DNA from: Octopus vulgaris
Taxonomy: Eukaryota
Direction: 5' to 3'
Assembly (NCBI GenBank): GCA_951406725.2
Contig: OX597823.1
Span: 87,482,001-87,546,000 of the forward strand
Length of the DNA: 64,000 nucleotides
Shown: positions 53,606 through 64,000 of the stretch, piece after piece
Position numbering within the stretch: the stretch's first letter is position 1
Layout of the letters: each line of letters starts with the position of its first letter
Notes under the pieces: model-generated
Database searches by the model: none
The model's input: the letters and a program-made list of their open reading frames with translations, nothing else
Told to the model about the DNA's origin: nothing
Made by a program: the position numbers and the translations under genes

Positions 53606-55490
53606 ACACATTTTGTTTCAATTTTTGAACACAAGTTGTGTAAAGCACCCAGCTTTCGTTTGAGTGTGTTTTCAAGGGAGGAATTGACCCCCAGAGGTAG
53701 TTTCAAACCTATTTGGATTTCTATTTTTTCGATTTCCTTGCCATATTTCTAAACATATATGGCTAAGTGAAACCATGAGGCCGAATTGCCGCCTCTACCA
53801 ATACTAGAGGCGAAGGAAGGTGAAGGCAAAGCCGTTCCGTGTGAACTCACATAGGCCTTAGAAGGCACGAATGATTCTGCTACTATAATCCCTGCTTCCA
53901 TCACTACCACCACAACCACCATCACCACCACAACCAACACGAATATCGATAACAATTTTGCCGCGGCTTTGAAGACAAAGAAAATAATATTGCTTCTTTC
54001 GAAGGAAGAACTACTTGCCTGCAAAGAAATGCTTACAAAAAATGAAGTCACCATTCAATTACAGACACCTGAAAACATTGCAAAAAGTATCGCAAAAGAA
54101 AAGCAATCATTTACAAGACACTCAACGCGAAAATAAAAGTACATGAAACAGCCACTAAAGAAAATGTGGGATGTTTAAGACCCATATGGGCCTTTAAAAC
54201 TACATAAAGAGGGGAAACAGGTTTGCGACGATCGAAGTAAGATTCAACAGCGAAGAGCAAGCCAAGGACCTCTCCACAAGGTCCTTGCAACATGAAAATC
54301 TCCTCATGATCCCTACATACCTTGGTCGTACGGTCACAGAAATTAAAATTAAAAATGTGCACCCCAAAATTGAAATAAAATGGCTCGAGTCTCAACCTTT
54401 ACTTTTAGTGCGGGATTGGAATGCTACCCTGGACACGCATCTAGACTACGTGGGAAGAGGCATTAAGAGGAGGGGATGCAAATGCTTCAAAGACCTGCTC
54501 AGATGTTTCCAACTGTCTGACAGGCACTGACAGGACCACCCTAATTTGCCAATGAACAACCGCATCGGGTCGTCCAGAGCGTATTTAGATAGAATATTCT
54601 ATAGGACAGTGGATAACGATAGCGTAGGCTGTCCACATTTCCAAATAGTTAGCTACACGAACCACAAATTTACGACTTGTACAGTTGAATTAGATAAGGC
54701 ACATAGGCAGAGTCCCGATTACTGAAAGATGAACGCGTCGTTCATGGCACGCCAGGCTTACAGGGACCGGATTTGCACATTAGTTAAGAGAGTGCTGATG
54801 GATGCCATCGTCAACAACAGGTGATGGTACGCCCTAAAGAATGCAATAAATGCAGAATCGGATGTGTGAGGCCTTTCAACAACACTTTGCCCGACTGCTC
54901 GGGACAACTGATGGTTCAGAACGCAGGGTGGACTTTAGTGTCTACCTGTATGACCTGTCACGACTCTCAGCAAGAGAGGCGGCGTGTCGTGAAAGTCCCA
55001 TCGCACCTGCGGATGTACGGGATGCGATGGCAGGCTGCGCAGGAGACAAGTCACCAGGCTTGGATGGTCTGCCCTACGAACTTTATTGTCATATGCCAGA
55101 CTTGTTTAGTGGCGTCTTGGTAGCTGTCTACTGCAACTGGCAGGAAAACAAGAGTATTACCGTCTTTGTAAAGCGAGGAACGGTGGTACTGCTAAAGAAA
55201 GACCCAGACGAAGGGAACTTCATAAATAACTTCAGGCCCATCACTCTGCTCAACGCAGATTTGAAAATGTTGGCCAAGGTGTTAGCCGTGAGGTTGGCGC
55301 TTGTCATCGAGAAACTAGTCGACAAGGTGCAAACGTGCGCCGTGCCGTGTAGGAGTATCCATGACAACCTCCATCTGATGCGCTACGTCATAGACAGGGT
55401 AGTTAAGGAACCTGGCATGGGTGGAGTGCTGATCAATTTGGATCAATGAAAAGCTTTCGATAGGGTAGACAATCACTACTTGGAGGCTGT

Positions 55491-55492
<2 letters not shown>
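53606..55492 (+). mobile_element. Tx1-type LINE 5' portion (ORF1 relic, APE endonuclease relic, N-terminal RT), internally deleted and 3'-truncated
   Basis: LLLVRDWNA, SRAYLDR, SYTNHK (APE motifs); KSPGLDGLPYELY, NFRPITLLNADLKMLAKVLAVRL, RSIHDN, LDQ*KAFDRV. Confidence 0.88.
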
Positions 55493-55634
<142 letters not shown>

Positions 55635-56501
55635 CAAATAAATAGATAGATAGATAGATAAATATATATATATATATATGTCTGTCAGCCTGGCTGTCTG
55701 TTTATCTATCTATGCATGAATACATATTTATACATGCCTTACTGCATATATACTTACACACACACAAACAAATGCACAAACAAATGTTTGCTCTGGCGTA
55801 GCCAATAAATAAATTCCAGCAATATTATTCTACGTTAGAAAATTTTTACCTTAGTATGAGTTATGTTGTTTAGTGTAAAAATATTGAATAAATTTAGACA
55901 GATTGAGACTGCGACTCTAATTTGATATGGCGATAGCGCAAAAGACAAAGCTGCAATTTATCAAAGTTGCGTGATTCGGTCATTTGTAAGTCATAGAAGT
56001 ACCTTTTGGCGGTCAATTTGTCGACATTATATTGATTGTAAATATTATCTGTGTCTGTCGATGTGTGAAAAGTTATAATGCTTTAAAGTTGTCCCAAGGG
56101 TCTAATATAGCAATGTCATTGATTTTTTGCAGTGATTGATCTTCGGAAAATACATTTGTATTGAATTTTTGTTGTCCTTTGAAATAGATTCAATATAATG
56201 GACGGTAATGTTTCCATGTGCATACTGCCAACAGCAGGCTATAAATAATTGCGTCATAATATATTGGCACTAATACGCATACACACTGACATACAGATAT
56301 AATAACATATAGACACACATATTAACACACAGAAACACACGCACACACACACACACATACACACATGCACAGATAAATGAGTATGCATCTACCTTTTTCG
56401 GCATGTATATACATAAAGTAAATGAAAAAGATATATATTATAAATGTATATAAATATCACATTTACATTTGTGTGAGCGTGTATATATACATAGATATAT
56501 A

Positions 56502-56588
<87 letters not shown>

Positions 56589-56823
56589 ATATATATATAT
56601 GTATTTATAAATAAATAAATATATATGTATATATGTATGTATTACTTCAGTTCATCTAGTTTCAGCTCATGAGCCGTGGCCATGCTGGTGCACTGCCATT
56701 TGTCTATATAATATAAACAATATTACTGAGCCATTAATTTGGCATGAATAACAGGAGAAATAATTTAATAGTTGTTTTCGAAGTGGTTTATAAATTCTGC
56801 GATATTAGACAAGCACCATCTTA

Positions 56824-56871
<48 letters not shown>

Positions 56872-57380
56872 TATATGTGTGTGTGTATGTGTGTGTATAT
56901 ATATATATAACAAAAGAATTTTATATATATTAAACCACGGTTTTACTTTTAAATTAGCAAATACTGTATACCTTATAGCTAGTACTATGCATAGTGAGGT
57001 AATACACCAGTAGTGTCTACGGATACATTTAACCCATAGATGGTTGAATAGCCTCTAACCCATAATTTGCTTATATATATATATATATATATTTGTGTGC
57101 TTGTGTGTGTGTGTGTAGATATACATATATACATATATGTATTCATATATGGAAAAAAAGTCATGGTAGAATATGGTAAAATGATTTTATAAAAACATTT
57201 CAGTACCGGTTTCAGACGTTGAGACATTTTCAACTGTAAGTATGGAAAATAATAAAATTTTGGAAAAGCTAACAAAAGTTTTTTAAAAGAATATTTGCAT
57301 GGTGTTCGAATGCAAGGGGCATTTTCCTTGTTTCTGCCTGTCTCTGTGTCTTTTGTTTACTCTTGTGGGTTCGATGACGT

Positions 57381-57928
<548 letters not shown>

Positions 57929-58081
57929 ACCTATGAGAGAGAATCCACTATGCGGACGCTCTTACGCTAGATATAGATCCGCAAAGGGAATCCTCCACAA
58001 GAATTGTTCTCAAGAAATAATTCAACACACCAAGAACGTAAGCGAGCAGGACAAATGAAAAATAACGAAAATATAGCTTAA

Positions 58082-58155
58082 CCCTATACAATTGTTTCAT
58101 CGTTAATAATTTATGTAATTTTACTTACATAAATATCTTCGAATCTTCAGTAGAG
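58082..58155 (-). ncRNA. type I hammerhead ribozyme motif
   Basis: Minus strand ctcta-CTGAAGA-ttcg..atttatgtaa..ttacataaat..cgat-GAAA-caattg-TA-taggg; helix I 5 bp, ACAATTGT palindrome, GUA triplet. Confidence 0.7.
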
Positions 58156-59505
58156 TACGTCAAAAACATAATTTGTCGAACTGCACGGCAAATATCAACA
58201 CGAGATAAGAGAGAGACGAACAGTTCGGCCGATTATATTCACAGTTACATTCAAAAGCCCTCGTACTGGCGCGCTAAATTCCTGGATATAAATACTGCAT
58301 AAGTAATTTACTGCCGGTTTGAGAACATATTAATTTATAATTAAAGTCAAAATAAGGGTGAAAAAATTGGATATTAATTTAACCAGTAGGAAACATGCAG
58401 TATTTTACAAATTTTTTCTGTCTCCTATGCTTCAAAATGCCATTTACAACGAAGATTCACAAGATATGTATAACGTGTAAATATTGGAAATTCTCTACCT
58501 TAATTCTAGCACATAAGATCCCTTTTTTGAGAATTTCCATTTCCGATAATGGTTAGCGGGTGATATTGGCATTTCTTTCCATTTGCAAAACATCTTCTGT
58601 TATTCCTTTCTTATCCAACAACTCCTCCTCGGTTCAGTCCCTGATTTGTATTTGTTGATTTTTTTGGCAGAAAAATACCCTTTGCATTGCTTGCGATTTC
58701 AATGTGTTTGTATTTAATTAACATTGTTTTCCATTCAAATTGTCCTAGAATTGGCATTTTTATTATAGCAGTTTGCTGATAACATATGTTTCTTTCTATT
58801 CCTGAATTACTGAAAAAAGTGAATGCGAAATGCCTTAGCCTGTCGTTGATTATACTAAATGCCATCATTATTTTCTTGTTTTCGGTTTTGTTTATTTTAT
58901 ATAATTTACACACCATTCATCGAGAGACGTTCGAAAATATCTTATCTGAAAACGTTTGTTTGACCGAGAGTGGAAAAATATAGCTTCTCGGTGCACTGTA
59001 CAAGCTAGACTCCACAATCATTGGGACCTCAAACATTTCTTCTTACAAGGACTACGTAGAGGATATGACAGATGATTGCTTGTAATAATTCTCTGCGTTA
59101 ACAATGACATTACATGGGTCACTTGTAGATAATATTCAGTAGATTGTTGCCTGCTGCGGGCAAACCTTGCAGTTATGACCATTTTTGTGCGACCTGCACT
59201 GAAGATGTTGAAGCAGCATGAAGAAGGACGAAACTATCTACCATGCAGGCGCCAAATTTCTCTGAATAATAGGGTTTTTTGTTTATATTGAACAGTTATT
59301 GCACGTGGGTCGTATCTGTAAATGATCCGAATCTATCGTTCACCATTTTTTTCCGGAAGGAAGAATCGGGAGCCATTTACTCCTTAGTGACAAAATCGAT
59401 GGGAGATTTCGGTGGGCGTGGTTGGAAGTTTCGAGGGAAAAGCATAAACAGCAGAGGTAATATCTCCTTTAACATTAATCCTTCGACAACTTCCTCAAAT
59501 TCTAT

Positions 59506-59652
59506 CTAAAGAGAAAAATGAGAAAAGATACGGAGTAACGTCAACCTCTGGCAAATTTTCTGCAAGTGTAAAAGAGTGTCAATATTGACTTAACGAAACA
59601 TAACACGTTTATGTGGCAGACGATTGGCAAGTCCAAAATAAAATGACCTTAC
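59506..59652 (-). other. candidate 147-bp intron
   Basis: Minus-strand donor CAG|GTAAGG and acceptor TTTTCTCATTTTTCTCTTTAG|; flanks are unique sequence with no long ORF. Confidence 0.3.
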
Positions 59653-60162
59653 CTGCGCCAAGTTAATCGAATATTGTGTATAGGACGTCCAAGTTCAAAT
59701 TTCGTTGCAGTAGCCATATCTCAGTTTTCTTGCTATTTTCTTCATTTATATTTGCAAAGATGTTTATTTATTTATGTATGTCTATTCTAATGTTTCATAT
59801 TTTTTTACTCGAAATAACTTCCTGCAAACCACCCTATAATCTTGATTACAGTAGAACAGATTACCATTATGGTTAATTTTATCATAATAAATGTTTTGTT
59901 CGGAAGTTTAGAATAATACTACAACAAAACTATATTTTGAAAAACAAAATGTAATAATGTAGTCAACAGGTTTGATGTCTCTGATAACTCACTATCGATT
60001 GAGCTTGAAACAATCACAAGTGCATATGCTTGTAAATACTTACATAAACACACACGCATACATACATGCTCATAGGCATTCACGCATACATAAAGACATA
60101 TATAGCATAAATAGACGCGTGTGAATGTTTTGTGCATAAATATGTAAGTATATATATATATG

Positions 60163-60198
<36 letters not shown>

Positions 60199-60808
60199 TG
60201 TATGTATGTATGTATGTATGTATGTACAAGTACACACAACAACATGCACACATACACGTGCACATATATAAATATCCAATTGTTTACATAATATGTCATA
60301 ATAATTTCTGGCGTTTGTAAGATAAGGAACAATAACAAAAATAGATCATTTCTGTGAATAAAATATTTTATGTTCTATTACATGAATAAAAGAGAAGAAG
60401 AAAAACATATTTCTACTTAATTCCTATCTTTTGAGACAAAGAAAAATTGCAAAAGGAAAGTCAGTTTGCTGTTTTTAGAGTTTGTAAAAGAAAACAAGAC
60501 AAGAAAGCATTGAATAATGTGTATCTATGATGCAATACAAGTTACAACACATTATATGTATATACGTATACCTAGCCGCGCATATGTATATATATATACA
60601 TGCATACATAAACACATACGCATACACACACATACTCACACACACACATACACATATATGTGTGTGTGTGTGTGTGTGTGTGCGTAAAAGTATACATTGA
60701 GGGTACGTATACATATATACATATAATGCGTTGTAAAATCTAACCACATGTGGACCGTTGGCGATGTTTTCCCTCCGTCTTCCCTTTCTCATGGATTTAC
60801 CTCTGTCT

Positions 60809-60843
60809 GTTTCTGACGAAGAGCTTTACTCGAAACGTAAAAC
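60809..60843 (+). ncRNA. type I minimal hammerhead ribozyme motif
   Basis: gttt-CTGACGA-a-gag(cttta)ctc-GAAA-cg-TA-aaac; helix I 4 bp, helix II 3 bp, ACGT palindrome, GUA triplet. Confidence 0.7.
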
Positions 60844-61409
60844 CACCTTTCTTACATTCCCTGAGCGTCTGCTAATACTTTTCATGTACCACGCCCTCGC
60901 GTTGCTATCTTTTCTTGTTGTGTTTGATCTTATTTTTTTTAGGTGGGATGGATTTACTATTTGTTTGTATGTATGTATGTATGTATGTATATATGTATGT
61001 ATGTATGTATGTATGCATTCAGTATATTGTTTGTTTTGTGATACGCCATTGCTTTGGGGGAAAATCTAAAATCTCTTTAACAATAATATCATTGGCTTCT
61101 AAACAGAAGAATGCTTCCAAATTATAATTTACTCCGATAAGTGTAAAATCCAAAAGTATTGGCCCTTGAACTGCTTAAGTAGCTTTGTATTTGTAACGAA
61201 CATTTAAAATACAGATGCCCTAAAAGATGTCTTGCAGCACATGATACGTAAGTGCAAACAGAGCAATAACAGATACAAATATCCGAGAGAGCAACAATTT
61301 AGCTTTGAGTATATCTCAAATTAAACTTGGCCAAAGTTTGTTCTGATGGCAAGAGCAAAATGCTTCCATTTGTCCAAGTTCTGAAATGAGTAAGATCACA
61401 AATGTATAA

Positions 61410-61624
61410 TCTTTTCTACTCTAGGTACAAGACCCGAAAGTTTTGGGGAGGGAGCCAGTCGATTAGTTCAACTCCAATATGTAACTGGTATTTAATTTAT
61501 TAACCCCGAAAGGATCAAAGGCAAAGTTGACCTCGGCAGAATTTGAACTCAGAACGCAAAGACAGACGAAATACCGCTAAGCATTTCACCCGGCATGATA
61601 ACATTTCTACTAGCTCGCCGCCTT
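61410..61624 (-). mobile_element. SINE family A
   Basis: CCCCGAAAGGATCAAAGGCAAAGTTGACCTCGGC..AGCTCGCCGCCTT. Confidence 0.85.
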
Positions 61625-61694
61625 ATCACAAATGCATAATGGTAAAACGACATCATTCGCTTGTTTCGTCCTTACTATATTTGCGGTAATATGG

Positions 61695-61910
61695 AAGGCG
61701 GTGAGCTGGCAGAAACTGTAGCACGATGGGCGAAGTACTTAACTGCATTTCGTCTGTTTTTACGTTCTGAGTTCAAATTCTACCGAAGTTGACTCGGCAT
61801 TTCATCCTTTCGGGTTCCATAAATTAAGTACTAGTTGCGTACTGGGGTCGACCTTTTCGACTGGCACCCTCCCCCAAAATTTCGGACTTTGTGCCTAGAT
61901 AAGAAAAGCA
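61695..61910 (+). mobile_element. SINE family A
   Basis: AAGGCGGTGAGCTGGCAGAAAC..GAGTTCAAATTC..TTTCATCCTTTCGGG. Confidence 0.85.
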
Positions 61911-62346
61911 TATTTACAATAATGTGACAGAAGCGAGACTTATGTAATAAACACTCTGTTTCTATCCCAATTGAGATTCTGTAAGTAAAAATACCGGGGT
62001 TAAAAGACCACGTTAGAGAAATGCTTCATTTCTGCTCATTGCGAGACGATGTGTTGGTTGCTGTCTAACTCACATTTTTGGTTTTATTCAGAATTATGAG
62101 AACGCTGATAAGCACTTATTTAAATCAAGTTTTCACATATGAACGCAAAAACAAAATTGAAATGCAATTTTAAACTTTTCTAATTTATGACGCAACTTTA
62201 TTTTTCATTTTGATGTTGGATTTGCGTGATAGCTTCTCATTTAAGAGTATCTATAGCATCTCAGTTCCATCAGTACAAATATATCACATATTTTTATCTT
62301 TAAAGGTTATTGGAAAAATATGCCTGTCTATCATTGTGGAAGTACT

Positions 62347-62362
62347 GTTATTATAATTATTA

Positions 62363-62431
<69 letters not shown>

Positions 62432-62458
62432 GTATTGTTATTATTATTATTATTATTA

Positions 62459-62516
<58 letters not shown>

Positions 62517-62622
62517 CATCACTATTATTATTATTATCATTATTATCATTATTATTATTGTCATCGTCATTTACGTTCTTCTGAATAGCTGCTAACTGTT
62601 TAGTTCATTTATTTATTTATTG

Positions 62623-62694
<72 letters not shown>

Positions 62695-62745
62695 TTATTT
62701 TATTTATTATTATTATTATTTTATTTATTATTGTTATTATTTTTA
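62347..62745. repeat. (ATT)n microsatellite blocks
   Basis: Direct inspection. Confidence 0.95.
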
Positions 62746-64000
62746 TGTTATCGATGATTAATATCATGATATTTCTGTTCTCTAACTCAGAGCAGATGGT
62801 TGTTAATCTCTGCAAAAATAATCCTGATCGTTTATACTCGTGTGTATAATTTGACATATTTTACGTTCAAACTAAATGCCTTGAATACGATCAGATATCT
62901 AATTTGCTCAGAGCCTTTGTTGTAAAATTTACACTATTTAATGCTGCCCTGTCATTTACAGGTGAATCGAGAAACTATTGAACAACTTGGTCATTAATCC
63001 TAGGCTGAGTAATATATTTTCTAAAAGAATCTCTTTACTCTACAATGCATGAGTTCAACAACCTCTTGGAGGTTGGTACGTACTCACTTTGGAGTTTATC
63101 TCGCCTGTGCTTCAAAAGGAAATGTGTTTGTTAAGTATCAAGTAACTCAGGTCATGAAACTAGCTTCCAGAATGTTTAGCAAAGATTTGAATACTCCACG
63201 AGACCCAACTAGTTTGCTCCTAACCCAACATATTCTAAATGCTTATATTTCCATCAATTCTTTATAGAATCTAGAATACTAAAATTGTTTAAGATATAAA
63301 GATATTTTACATACAGTAAATCGCGTAATTTATATAAATATCCCGTTTTATATAACGTACGAAGTTAACTTCGTATGCTCTAAATCTTCTTTACTTCACA
63401 ATAAAGCTGTAAAAACATAGAAGTGTTAATAATATTGGTTTCAAATTTTAGCACAAAGGCAACAAATTCGGGGGTGGGTGCTAGTCCATTATAGCAGCGG
63501 TAGTGCTGAGATCTTGTGCTGAAACAAAAACAATTGCGGCGTAGTTATTTGTAAGCCATTCAAGAACACACAGAAACCGTTTTTTATCACGGCACTACTA
63601 AAATACAGAGGTATCGATGCATCTGTGAAACGATATGAAGGGGGTTAGTTTTGTACGCAACACCTGTATTTAAGTAGTACCTCTGTATTTAAGTAGTCCT
63701 AGTTTCATTTCAACGTTAAAATTTCATTTGTGTTAAAATATTTCCTTCGCTTTGAAACCGCTACCTGTTCACTGACAAAACTTTACTGACAGAACTTCGC
63801 AAAAGTAATGCATCACGAAGTTTTGTCACTGAACACCAAACACAAACACACACACACGCACACATTTATTGCCTTTCATTTACATGTATGCCTCTCTATG
63901 TGTGGGCGCAAGTGTGTTAGGAAAAAATTTAATTCAGATTAATATGGTTCTTAAGTTGAGGCACCAAAATTTAGTATGGTATTATCCATAAATTTCAAAA

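Noticed and set aside
63358-63375. Palindrome TACGAAGTTAACTTCGTA resembling loxP arms
   Set aside because: Arms are in the wrong order with no 8-bp spacer; most likely a chance palindrome

Overview
AT-rich eukaryotic DNA dominated by microsatellites and transposon debris. The interspersed SINE families look like those of Octopus (recognised from memory, not from a search). I found no intact host protein-coding gene; nearly all listed ORFs are translations of (AT)n, (CATA)n, (ATT)n or (TCTA)n tracts. Supportable content: (1) about 25 copies of four tRNA-derived SINE families; (2) a 5'-truncated R4/Dong-type RT+RLE LINE inside (TAA)n; (3) three Tx1-type LINE pieces in tandem, separated by (TCTA)n; (4) several Tc1/mariner relics and MITEs; (5) an RTE-like 3' end with two C2H2 fingers; (6) Penelope-like (PLE) debris, including a GIY-YIG fragment missed by the ORF track. 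The most striking signal is five near-intact type I minimal hammerhead ribozyme motifs plus degenerate ones, each with a different palindromic helix III. One lies in a compact non-coding element with a tRNA-like Pol III head, an inverted copy of its own 3' end and an apparent 12-bp target-site duplication, i.e. a candidate ribozyme-bearing SINE mobilised by PLEs. Weak splice signals suggest the window may lie within a minus-strand transcript. All folds and alignments were done by eye; repeat boundaries are approximate (about 10-20 bp).
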